A stretch of 64,000 nt of DNA from Balanoglossus misakiensis (Eukaryota; Animalia; Hemichordata). Below the pieces are notes generated by a model. The model made no database searches, had not been told where the DNA came from, and saw only the letters and a program-made list of their open reading frames with translations. The stretch lies in NCBI GenBank assembly GCA_040954595.2, contig CM082576.2:15423028-15487027 (forward strand), written 5' to 3'. Position numbers and translations under genes: made by a program. This document shows, piece by piece, positions 1-13,600 of the stretch; the stretch's first letter is position 1, and each line of letters begins with the position of its first letter.

Positions 1-13
1 TTTTTATTTGGCC
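1..13. mobile_element. Terminal fragment of the GGCC-ended MITE family, cut by the window edge
   Basis: TTTTTATTTGGCC followed by TGA matches the end of the inverted copy at 24119-24434. Confidence 0.4.
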
Positions 14-1357
14 TGATGGCTTACACAGGCTACACGCAGGGCGCCATTCTTTGAGTTTCAGGTTGGAATTTGTTGACTCACACACCAGTCGTATATATAT
101 ACTGTACATTTCCCTTCTAACAACTATTATTGTGCATTGACAGTGTCTCAAATGCACGCGACATTGAATGAATATACTGCCAGTTGAGTAGTTTCAGCGT
201 GCCATTGTGAAAAAAGAGACTAAACATGGTTACTTTTATCAATTTTTATTAATTAAGAATGAAAACATTTTTTACACTGTCAAAACCAATGTTGTCAGTA
301 TGTCATGTGTGGTGTAGCGCAGTTCTTGAACTGAACAAAAATAATGAACCCTGTACAAATACATGATAAATGAGGTACATGTTGTACAAATGCACTTAAA
401 CAGTTACGTTGCCAAGCATATAAAGTTTCTGTTATGAAATGAACCATCGAAAAGACATTTGAATTATCATGAAAAAGTATATTGCGAGACGCTATGCTTA
501 TTGTTAAATTTCATTAGTTACATTTATTTATCACCGGGAATGTTGCAATAAGAAATAGAGCATTTTTCGTGTTTTTGCAGGAAATTAATCTCACTCTGGA
601 AGGAGAAGTTTCGTGACAGAGCACTGATTATATTACAAAATAAAGGTATATTTTTGTGTGAGAAAAGGTCAACTGATATTACTTATAAAAGGGGTGCTTG
701 CTTGGGACAAACATTACCCACCCACAGAATTTCAGACAACATGCATAGCAATTTTTAACAGTGAATACAGTAGATGTTATATCGTTTTTACTTGTAAATG
801 ATGATACTGGCTGAAAATACCAATGCAGACGCAACCTGTTCTTTGATGGCAAAGCAGACGGAGATACATTCGGAAAATATAGCAGAACTCAATCGTCATT
901 CCATTTCACATTGTAACTAAAATTAACGTGGTCGAAGTATGAAAGCACGTGCAGATGAAACGCATTGTAAGATTTGATGCCCCGCGGTGTAACCTTCGCC
1001 AAATTCACCTCCCGGAAGGTGACGGACTATACAGCCCACTCAAGACAATTCGAGAACGATTAGTACCTTCTCTTGCAGGCTTTCTCGTGTAACAAGTGGG
1101 CGTTCTGCAACTTCTCTGGCATTACCAGTTTTGTTTAATAGCCGCGTGTCAACATCATTTTGGAACGTAGCTAATACGCATGATGTGATTGGCAAATACA
1201 TGATGTGACCGCAAAAAGACATCCGTAAGCGGAAATGTCAAGACGTACATTAAAATTGTGTACTATAAGGTAACGGTGCATGAAATCACAGTCCATGAAA
1301 TGGTCCACTGCCAATATCGTTAGATGGAACAATAAGGTAAGTAAGAAAAGGAAACAT

Positions 1358-1627
1358 TCAGGCTCGCGAGTTATATTCCCTGTCGTCTGCGGAGAGCAGC
1401 ACCGACCAGTAAACTATGTTGAAGACGATGTAGGACAGCGGAAACAGAACTCTAGAAAAACGGTCCACATTGACACCCCGTGGTTTTCTTCTCCTGGTGC
1501 TGCTGTGTTGTCGCTCCAGGTCTGTTTCTATTGATGGAGTAACGCAGTTGAGGGTCTGCAGCTCTGTTGGCGCCTCGTCAAATCGTCGACTACTTGAACT
1601 GGTGCGACCCATCAGCTTGCGAACAGC
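1358..1627 (-). CDS. GlyR-like last exon (M3-M4 loop, M4, stop)
   Basis: Acceptor cacacag|GCT, phase 0; encodes [21 protein letters not shown] (M4 consensus); stop TGA at 1358-1360. Confidence 0.9.
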   Translation of the reverse strand, partial: AVRKLMGRTSSSSRRFDEAPTELQTLNCVTPSIETDLERQHSSTRRRKPRGVNVDRFSRVLFPLSYIVFNIVYWSVLLSADDREYNSRA

Positions 1628-4600
1628 CTGTGTGGATTGAAAGATGCGTTTACGACAAAATTCAATTTAGTAGCAACAGCCGCCAAACTATAGCGACACC
1701 GTATTTCTGTGATGCCAGCGACACTTTATTGCTTTAGTAGATAAAGAGGCACCTCCATTCCCGTTTGCGCAGTTGAAGTTAGGACTTTTCATAAGGCCGA
1801 ATAATAAAAATATGTACTTTTCCGGTTACCCGACCTACGCTAATTTAAGCCTCCCGACCCTAAACTTTTTAAAGCTTCGTAAACCGGGAGTAAAAATAAC
1901 GATGTCAAATATACAAAATTTATGAAAATTGCGAGAATCGCGCAAGAACTCTGACGTCATTATTCGACACTACGGCGGCCAAAGATATAAAAAGTAATTG
2001 CAAAATAAAAAAAAATCCCTACCTACCTACCCTATTTTTGAAAACCATGTAATCGGAACAGCACATACTATTTTTTTGGCCTAACAGGTTTTACTAGTAA
2101 CCTCGGAGTAATAAACAAGTCAAAGTGTACATCACGTTTGAAACTTTGGGCTTTTCGGAATGGGAAATAGCGGAACAAGAACACGGCTATACTAATCATG
2201 AACACCAAACACACACGTTGACACAAATTGAGCTGAATATAATGATCTACTGCTGGGAACCAATATAGATTCAAACCATAAAAATATGTTTGGCTTTTAA
2301 AAGAACTTGTTATATTGTTCATTTTAAAACTATTTTTATTGTCAACACACGTCACGCCATATTTTAAAACAGCCAATACCGTTGTGCAGTGCTATGTAGG
2401 GCACACTCCGCTTTGCTTCTACTTTTAACATGGCCGGGAAAACCGAGCTGTTCTAGGGTAACACCCGTTACTATTAAAATTGCGTATAAACCTTTGGTTT
2501 AAGAATGAAGACAAAGAATATAAAAATGTGATTCACGTAAAACGCCATTAAAATGGGGCACTTTTATCGAAAGTGGACACCTGATAAAACGAAGGCCGCC
2601 TTCGTTAAACAGTTTAATTCAGTTATGTGGCCAACCAGCCACCACATTTAAAAATCACCCACCAGTCAATCCTCCGGCGAGTCCACGAATGTTGCAACAA
2701 ATGAACTCACACACAATGCGCCGACACCAGAAACCTTTCGTAGTATAGTAAGTACATGTATGTATGGCAGTTCGGTGAACGAGGGCGGCAGACTGGCGTT
2801 TTATGGACTATCAGCACTTGTTACAATGTTAGTAAAACGTTCTACTCAATATTTGGAACGAAGCATGCGAGGCGTCTGAGAGAAGTTGACCGACAGGCGG
2901 GCAGGCAGGCAGGAAGGAAGAGAGGAAGGAAGGAAATTACATGTGTCCCTACAGATGGTGTGGGGACACGAACGGAAAACTAATACACAGACAGACTTTT
3001 CAGGTCAACATGCGAGTATGCGAGGATCCTTCACTAGGATTGTCATTTTGAAATGTGAAAGTTATCAATAAATCCAAATTTCAGTCCACTCAAATGTAAC
3101 AGCTGTGTAAAACATAAACGTTTACACACATTTTTATGAACTGCGACTTTTATCATCAGACCATGTGTCAAGGGGCACGCATCGTAAAGATACGTCTTCC
3201 GGGTGACAGCAACGTGTTGTACAGAAGAAAGGAACTCGCTCGATCATTGTGTGACAGAATGTGTTACATGTACATATTTTGCGTGTTACCTTTATAATGC
3301 TTCCTTCGTTGTACTCTTCCAGGTTTATAGAATGATGGACGACTGCGTATTCGAGTAAAGAAGCAACGACAAACATAAGACACGCTAGCATCCAGATGTC
3401 AATCGCCTGCAACAGAGATATGATATGTGATATATAACTGGACATATGATATGATATGATATGATATGATATGATATGATATGATATGATATGATATGAT
3501 ACACCCATTCGTATCATATTATGTAATTCCAATCAGATGTAAGCTATTTTAAAAATTCCCAAAATTCGATTGCTACACGATCCTGGAAATGTGATCTTTT
3601 GTGAGGTGTTGCGTTTATGATCTTCCCTTCAGGATTAATGCTCTGCGACATGACATATTTATCAAATCTTCTCATACCTCCGTGTATTGTGGATTTTCAT
3701 AAACCCAGCGCACAGTACCTGAACCTCACATGATATATATATGAATATAAGGCATAACACGTACAGCAAGAACTCCTCTTCGAATGAACGTGTCATTACA
3801 TGTAACTGATCAACAGCAGGGCATAAGACCGACTTGAACGCAGTTTTTCATTTTGGTGACAATTCAAACGATGTCATCGTGCCAAATGTCTTGACAAGTG
3901 TATTACGATTAATGCGAAATGTGTCCCCAATTAGATATTACGAATGGGTTTTCAATTTTACACCCAGCATTCTCTCTTCTGAACTGTAACACGCTCACAA
4001 TAATGTGTGACATGTATACAACATCTGGTATATTCCGACGTGCGGTGAATATTCAGAGCGTTCACTGTTGTAGAATTTTTTTGAGAGACGTGTTCGTATG
4101 AGAATTACTAGCATCCTGGCAATACTGCCACGGGAGTACATGTAGTAGTAGCCTATGTATACATCAAGTGTTTCTTTGATACTTTTCGCATTCAAAATTT
4201 ACCGTTCCCACGCGAATAGGCGATTGATTACCCAGCCCTTTGAAATTGGTTTGCTCGGAAATAATTAGCAGTATTGTTCTGATCGGATGAGATCCTGAGA
4301 TAAATGTGTGTCGCGTTGTGTCAGAAAAGACACAAAATGGTCACCAAGCAAACCTAACACACTACCGAGGCCGTCAAATTACGTCTAACCTCCTGTTGCT
4401 CTCGGTAGCTCCCACTGTTTCCCTTTAATGCACGCTGCAGGGGTACATCGAAAAAGACATTTCACATCATACTGTCAGACGGACACCAAATTAAACACTA
4501 TACCTCGTTCACACGCAACACTAGCCTCAACCGGACGGTGGAATGCGAGGGTTATTGGATCTCTCCACCGTTTGAAAAACATGATTTATATAAGAGATTA

Positions 4601-7600
4601 AGTGCCACGGACAGGATATCATCATACAGATAATAATAACAAATATAAAATAGATATTTGATTGATGGTATTCAGAATGCGATTACAAATTAGTGAATAG
4701 CATATTACATCATGGCATTTTAATTTTATATATCTCTCTTAGTCGCAGTATTTTCTTTGCGATCCATCATCACAAAATGAACAGATGTACGTGTAGAAAA
4801 TTGCCAGTCTTTGAAATGTAAGCAAAGCCATTCGTGGCAAAGTGCGTCATGATGAATGTCCTTCCCTTTTTAAACGTCGTGATATGTCTTTTTTATGTTG
4901 TTTTTTTCAAATTGGCCATTTTTATAACCAATTTATAACAGACGACAAGAAATGTGAGGCATTCTTGTAAATATGCTGGTAATGTTGGGTCTTATGTTTA
5001 GTTGGAGAATTTACAGGATATTGTTTTAATTGTTTACATGACGCGTGGTAAACTTAACATTTCCAAACTGTCCTCCATATATTCTGCGTTTACGAGATTC
5101 TTGTTCAACAATGATTTTAGAATATGTCTGAATGAGTGAAGTATTGTCTAGGCTTTTAGAAAAAAAAAAACGTTTTTTGTTGAGGTAACGCGTTCAATTA
5201 TTCACACAGTATTCCTATCATCAGGGGAACATTGCCCACTGCAGGCGGCGTTATATGGTGACGGAGTATTCAGGCAGACACGAATGTACTCATTTTCAAT
5301 TTCTGTTCGCTCATTTATTTCGGTGTAAAGTGATTGTACGCTGCAGGCATTGGGAAGTATTATTAGAAATAAAAAAGCGCAGTCCTGACACACGCAGAGA
5401 TCCAATCTTCATGTGTATCCAGTGTGTTTGAAAGAAACTATTGATAGCGATGTCCTGTTGCCATGGCATATCACTACATTGCCAATTGGATTGCAGTTTA
5501 TCAAGGGGGAAGTAATCACATTTACACGTACCCAATATCATTCAGGCAAAGTGAGTTGAAGTTATGGGACGAGCAAAGAGTAAACCTAATCAGAATGCGG
5601 TTTACTTTAAAGATACTTTCGATTAAAAGAAACCCGACATATGTGTCTTAAACGGAAACGTTACATGATTATAATTAAAGGCCAGCATTGGTCAAATCGT
5701 CCTAACATACATTGTGAGACTTATGCTCGCTAATACGGTGTGCGTACTACCATTGTGAATAAACATCAGCTGAATATGGTTCAATTTCACAGACTTCTGA
5801 AAACTTCCCCATCCTTCAAATACTTCCTCGCCTTACAGTGATACAAAACACAATGGATACGTTTATTTCATGCACGCTTACGCGAACAACTATCGAAGTA
5901 ATATACAACACTGGTTTAAAACGATTCTACTGTTACCCGCAATCTGTACCCTTTCTTGTGTAAATTGACTGTATTCTCGATGTATTTGTATACGCAAGCT
6001 AAGCATAATTCAACGTGAAATTCCAAACAAGGCCCCATTTTATGGGTTCATACGTTTACTCACTGTTATGTACGACACCTTTGGCAGTATTGAGTGAACG
6101 CTGATGGCCTGTGTAGTGACTGTCAAAACGATCGTGACACCCAGGGCAACGCGAGCGGGAGAAGCCAGTGGGTTTATCCAGAAGGAGACCCAGGATAGTA
6201 TGACCAGGAGAAGGCTAGGAATGAAGTAGCTTATCCAGTAGTAGCCAAGGAGTCGAGTGAATACAAACTCCACTTCAATGCAGGAAAAGTTACCTACAAT
6301 AGACAAAATGCTCCGGCATTATACTGGATACTTATTGATTATCTTTCTGTAATATTAAAACTTATTACGTGGTCTCCTTGAAAATAATCAACTGTAGAGA
6401 TGTTTTAAAACAAGTAATAAAGGGAAATCTTCCAAATGAACTAATATAACTGCATTTGTAATATGATCGTATTGTATGTATATGTGCTGATAATATTTTG
6501 CCATGGAAGTCCAGAATTACCATTCTCCGAAATAAATTTAAATTTCTGTGGTTTACGTTAAGTAGTACATGGAACATGATAAAGGGCGCGCCTTTTTATT
6601 GATATCTCTTGCAATGTAAAACTATATTTGACCAAAACATCTGCGTTTAACGATATGTTGTCACGAACCTCATAAAATATCTCAATTAAAAATGACTCCT
6701 CTGCACATAAAGTAAGTGAACTCCCAGGGTTGGAGCTATTTTGGGACACGAATAAAATCTGTACAAAATGGGTTGTATTTGGGCAGAACGTCGTAAATTT
6801 TCTGCAGTTGTGTGAACCAAAAACGACCAAAACAGCTGGTGTGCAGTAAGTACCATGCATTTTACACCTGTGTATCCGCTCGCAATAAATAGTTCCGAGC
6901 CTATATCTATGATGTGTTTAGGTTCATACTTTCAAATTGTCTGTCATTTATGTTATGCTATTACAATATTCACTATCACCGTAAAATACTTGTAAACAAT
7001 TAAACAATGGAAACTAGGAGGTACTAGTCTGCTATCAAGCAGTGTTGACATAACTGGAGCAAAGTGCCTTCACGTGCATTTCACGACTGGGCACATTTAC
7101 GAATGCTCAGAATGTTTTTGCTCCCCCGCTAGAACTTGATAAGGCGGTAATATCACGCGTAAAACTTCGCCTCGACGATTTATGCTTGCCATCCGATTAC
7201 AACGTGTTTCGGCGACACGTGAAAACATCAATCATGCCACATTTGTACGTGTGTAAAATTGTCGTATATTCACCTGTGTAGTAGAGTTTGTCGCAGCGAA
7301 CAAGCCTTGTGCCGGAGACATAATATTGTTGCATTCTCTTTGTGTGCTCGGGCAGCTGTAGGGCATCCACCGCTCTCCAGATAAACAGCAGCTCATTCGT
7401 TGTGTAACCATCTAATAATATAAGACAGAAGGCAGAGATGGGATATACTTTAAAAGTTAGATTAGGAGAATGGGGCATTCTAAGCTTATAAATTCAGTGG
7501 AGATACATGTAAGATGCAGACTCTATACAGTAACTTGCTTGGTCCAGAATTCTAAATTGGACAAGAGCAACCCTCCCGAATATATAATATCAACAAATGG

Positions 7601-10600
7601 CTCGATAACATTTGATATCTTTCGAATTCGTTGAACCTGGATGCAGAGAAAGTTCTCTGCAATAACATTAGTCGTCATTTCTTGTGGACAAAGGTGTTTA
7701 ACCACGAGATTTACAACGGTGAACGTATTGTGACATCTATACCAGACTTGGTTAACTGCTCTTAATGCGTGAGTAAAATATGAATCACATCCATGCACTT
7801 CATGCACATATGTGATCTGAATAACTATTAGGAAATATGGGTTAATCGGTAAAAGGGTCACTGGATACACCCACTGCTGTGGATGGAATGTTGTTCACAA
7901 TTCACAAAGTATAATTAAAAAGATAATTAAATTATATAAAATGGACGCTCAAACATTATCCCTTGCGTTTGATCTGTGAGTTCTTTTGAAGGGGTTAAAC
8001 TCCTCTGTGGGGAATTGCCATCAGATGTTAACTACGCAAAGAATTTGCCCGCCATTTTGAATTTCAACCGCACTACGATTTGAGATACAATCATTTTTTT
8101 TCGCAAGAAAGATGGGTTTGACAGGAACCCTTGAGAAAAAATGCAGAGCCACGAAAACAATATTGTAAATATAAATCGATCTACCGAAGTTCAGCCATCC
8201 ACAGATAATAAACCATTTTTACCCATCTGAAAGCTGAAGAAAATCCCTCGAGATTAGGTTAAAAGGTCAAATTCAGGAGTTATTTCAATTATGTTAATTT
8301 TCTCCAATACTAAAAAGTGTACACTATAACTTCATGCAATTGTTCCTGCTTTTACTTTTGTCAATTAATTTGCACAAAAACCAAATTGATTGATTTACTG
8401 GATAACTTACACGATTCCAGTTGCATTCCGCAGTATTGCTTGTCCATGGGGAATCGTGAGAAGTCCATCGTGCATGACACTTTGACTGAGATTCTGTGAA
8501 AAGATGTCGATAACGGGAAGTGAATAGACAGTATCGCACCTGGAATGCATTTGAAACGTTCTATGGAACATCACAGGGAAAGAGATCGGTAGTTCAAGGA
8601 CACATTCGAGAAAAGATGGCGAGCATTTAATACTTCGCTTTCTGGACATCCCCGTTTTCTGGAAAAATGTATACCTCATGACAAACGGGATAATTTAAAT
8701 TGATGCTGCGTTAATTTGGTTCAAGAAGTCGCGTCCATCCCGCGTGTAGCCTCGAGAGTGGAAAACTCGCCAAAATGAATAATCGGTCTCTGCCGTTTAT
8801 TCATTTTGGCGAGATTTTTACTATTACTGCTCATATCCTACAAACGGGATGGAAGTTGTGTGTGGTCGAAAGTTTATTCGCTATATATCCACAGTCATGT
8901 AGAATAACATAAACGGTGTCTTGTATCAAATATAATTAATGGAAAAAGGGCAGCGAGAGAGAGACTTTGTCCCTTTAATTGACATTAAGCGTGATGAGAA
9001 CGATTACCTCATGCTGTACAGGACGTCGCCATTGCCGGAGAATCTGACCAAGACGTTGTCGGTTGTGATGTCGTGAAAGTACGACCTCTTTTCGTTGAAG
9101 AAAAACAAGTCTGGCAACCATATGCGATGGAGCAGATACCCTGACGGAGGTATGTTCGTCAGGCTCTGGTTGTACTTGAGTCTCGGATCGTTCCATTGTT
9201 GGCGGAGGAACATCGTGCAGTCAAAATCCTGGAAAACGAATACCTTTGCTGTAAACACCAACGATCACTATGAGAGTTGGCACATAAACAGAGAGATAAA
9301 CATGTGGGTAAAAGCATGTGCAACTATGTCAATTTATGTTATAAGTATTTTTCTACAGAAGAATAACTTAGCTATATATGTGGGTAAAAGCATGTGCAAC
9401 TATGTCAATTTATGTTATAAGTATTTTTCTACAGAAGAATAACTTAGCTATATATGTGGGTAAAAGCATGTGCAACTATGTCAATTTATGTTATAAGTAT
9501 TTTTCTACAGAAGAATAACTTAGCTATATATGTGGGTAAAAGCATGTGCAACTATGTCAATTTATGTTATAAGTACTTTTCTACAGAAGAGTAACTTAGC
9601 TATATATGTGGGTAAAAGCATGTGCAACTATGTCAATTTATGTTGTAAGTATTTTCTACAGAAGAATAACTTAGGTATATATGTGGGTAAAAGCATGTGC
9701 AACTATGTCAATTTATGTTATAAGTATTTTTCTACAGAAGAATCACTTAGCAGACAAAGAGCACAATGAAATTCATGATGCACCACGGCTGGGGACATAC
9801 AAAACTTTAGTTATACTGAAATGTTCCTTACAAGGAAATCATTCATATGCAAATTTACTAACATATAAATGTAGACCTGTAGTCATAGCGGGCTTTGTCA
9901 TGCTCTCTGATGACGTGAATGTTCCTGAGAAACTCATTAGCGAACATTCACAACTTGAAACTATAGTCCCATTATTCGAAAGCCCGGACCATATGGTCTA
10001 ACCAGTGTGATAGTGTCGGTACAGGGTAATGAATTCTGTGATAGTGTCGGTACAGGGTAATGAATTCTGCAATCGACGGCTTGACGCGAACAACTAATTC
10101 CACCTGGGTGTGTGCAGAAGGCACTTAAGCGATGGGCAATGAGTGCGTGATAAAGAAAGAAGCGTAACAAGTTCCTGGGATAATGTGGAGAGGGTCCATT
10201 CAGAGCTTGGTCAATGGTAGGATACAATTGAACACAATAGATGTGATACTGGAAGGTGAGATATAACATTACCACAATTAAATCACGTAAAACACAAATT
10301 CTTTCAGCTCTGATCCTATTACCCTTGAGGCATGCACTTTGGTCAGGGACCCCGAGCCCTATTTCTCGTAACCCTTATTTTTAAACCCTGCGATCATGAG
10401 ATGGCATAAACATAGTCGCTTAAAATTGTATTTCAGTTGGCAATCAAACGTTTTAAATGGCGATGCCTTGTCTAAAGTAATATAATTTAAGTTTCAACTA
10501 CGACTTTACCTACGACATCAATCGCTTAGTACTGTTACATGTACGTGAAGGTAATTATGGGGAAACTAACACACACACACAATTAGGTTATCCGAGTTCT

Positions 10601-13600
10601 AGAACCCGTCAAATATCTTATATATAAAATGTTTTGCTTCAATATGATTTAAACAAGATTCATTGATTAGTCGAAAGTATAGGATAACCTAAGAGTTATC
10701 TTATACACAGACATTTAAAATAGATATACAAAGTATGAAGCTGCCATCGATCCGCGGCAAACGGTGGCCAAGTACAGTCCTAATTCGTCTCGAGAGAAAG
10801 ACTTGTTTGTCTGAGGTGATATAGAGTGATGGTGTGAGCAGTGATTCACTTTCTAGAATACAGAGTTAATCTTGAAGTGACATTGCGAATGGAAGTTTAC
10901 TTTCGTTTGCCATTTTTAAGCTTTCTATTGATTGGCGAACCCCTTTTAAGCAGTCTATGTATTCCTACAAATAACACGACAAATTTAATAAAACTGAAAT
11001 CACGTTGTGACTTCTTTATCCAGTTAAATGTAAACTTTTTGAGCAAAGGATACCATGTTCTTACATGTGCGTATGATTTTCATTTTACCCCATTACCTCG
11101 TGCAATTTTACAGTCTGGTTATTGGACGGCATAGCGCTGAGTTCGGAACTGGTCAAAAGATCAAGGGAATTTGAGAAAATAATGAACGTTATCATTCCCC
11201 AAAGATTCAGCTTTGATCTTATCCTCATAATCCGGTTGTTTCAATCTTAGGCAAATAAAAAAATGTGTGCCGCTCCGATTACCTGACCTACCCTAATTTT
11301 AGCCCACCGACCCTGAACTTTTTGTAGCTTCGTAAACCGGAAGTAAAAATAACGATGTCAAATATGCAAAATTTATGAAAATTGTGAGGATCACGCAAGA
11401 AATATGACGTCATTCTTGAACACTACGGCGGCCAAAGATATAAGCAATCGCAAAATAAAAAAACATTCCCTACCTATGCCTACCCTATTTTTGAAAATCA
11501 CGTAATCGGAACAGCACATAGTAATTTTTTAGTCTTTGAAATTATGATTATTACTTTTTTCAAAATACCAGCAACAAACGGCAAACTGGCAACACCGTAT
11601 TTCTTTCATGCCAGCAACGCGTTATCTCTAAAATTGTAACAACGTCACAATTTAATAGACAAAGAGGCGCCCCCATCCCAATTGCGCAGTTGAAGTACGT
11701 GCGTGTTGAGAGAGACGTGTCGACTCGAACACGGACGACGAGAGTTGTTTAGCGTGTCGAACGCTGCTCTACGAAGCTCGTAGTTACCTTCTGACCGGGA
11801 CATTTGCGCTTGAACGGACTGGGTTCCTCCCACTTCAAGTCGGTAGATTCCTGTGAAGCAGAGACGTGAATTTTGCCTTTCCTAGTGCCGCGGGTTGCAG
11901 TGTATCCCGTCTGCTGAACTTTTTTTAGAGTTTGAGATGAGAATTAGCAGTGTAGGATAGAGAAGACGTACCAAACTGCCGTGTTGTATTCTGAATTTGT
12001 GTTGAAATAAATACGACGGAAGAGTTTGAACCGCATTGCTGTGTGGACGATAGTTTTGTGGCCGCTTGAGAACTTTCTCGACCTACGCATGAACTTGTTG
12101 TTTGTGGCAGCAAAATACTAACGTTGACGCGTCATCGCGCCCAGCGGTGGACTTCACAAGAATGTCAGATCTGGCTTTTTGTTTGTTTGGCGTTCATGAT
12201 TAATATATATCCATGTTCTTGTTCCGCTATTTCCATTCCGAAAACCCCAAAGTTTTAAACGTGTACACTTTGACTAGAAAAGGCCTCAGACACCTTCATA
12301 TGCTGTCCGGCAGCCGGGGCGGGATATCCGACTGCGGTGCAGCTCAAAGTGGTGTGGAGCTGGTCATGTTGGGAGCGGTGCAGCCGGCTGGTGGATCGAC
12401 GTCCCACACTTTCATACCCGCCAGCGTGCGGCAATCGGCAAGAACCCATCGGGCGGAACCCAGTCCGTTCAAGCGCAAATGTCCCGGTCAGAAGGTAACT
12501 ACGAGAGCTTCGTAGAGCAGCATTCGACATGCTACACAACTCTCGTCGTCCGTGTTCGAGTCAGTCTCCTACCCCTTTCTGTTCACGTCTCTCTCTCAAC
12601 ACGCACGTACTTCAACAGCGCAATTGGGATGGGGGCGCCTCTTTGTCTACTAAATTGTGAGGTTGTTACAATTTTAGAGATAACGTGTCGGCGGAATCAA
12701 AGAAATACGGTGTTGCTAATTTGGCGTTTGTTGCTGGTATTTGGAATTCCATGGTAAAGTTACTTGTAAGTCGGCACAGAATCTGCTTTTATGATTTTCA
12801 CGGGGATTTTCATCGGCCTTTTTAGTCACTCAGGCGTCAAAATTAAAATATGATCAGCCTGAAAACGGAGAAGCATTTCGTTACTAGACATTTTCAATAA
12901 TTGACGAGCATTACTGAGTCTTTATGAGATCGGTGTTGGAGCGTCACTTGCCGTAACGGTAATCGGAATAGCTTCAAGCTGGAGATGTACATAATGTTTA
13001 ACCTTTTCCTTTTCTGAGACAGAATGGGAATATTAAAAATGGACTAAATATCCGTTTCTACACCCACGACTCTATAAAGGTGCACGATAACCCCATTCTC
13101 GACCAGGGGGTACAAAATCGGGCAGCTGGTTGCCCCACGGACACAGACATGTAGCATACATGAAGAACCACCCTCTAGGTATATCGCACACAGGCCTCGG
13201 TAAGTTATATGCTCAAACTCCTGCTAATAGAACTCTTTTAAGCACAATAAGTTGAAGTTGGCGCTAATATCACGATAGTGCCATTGTGCCAACGCAACCA
13301 CAGCCCGTCGTCGCGACGAAAGACGAACATATGGTATGGTATAGCTAAATAATACCATGAAAACCATAGAGGCTAAAAAAACGTGAATGCGAAGAGATAC
13401 TGTACAGATATCATTTGTAATATTTAAACCAACGATGCCCGATGTCGTGCGCGCGGTACTTTGATCTGAATCATGGTATCAGATTAAGGCTATTAACGAG
13501 AGCATGCTAGGAGAGCCGTGTGTTAACATAATAATATTATCCCGTATATTTGATCTTTAATTCCGCGCTGATGTTTATCGCCGTTATTCTTGTATTTAAA

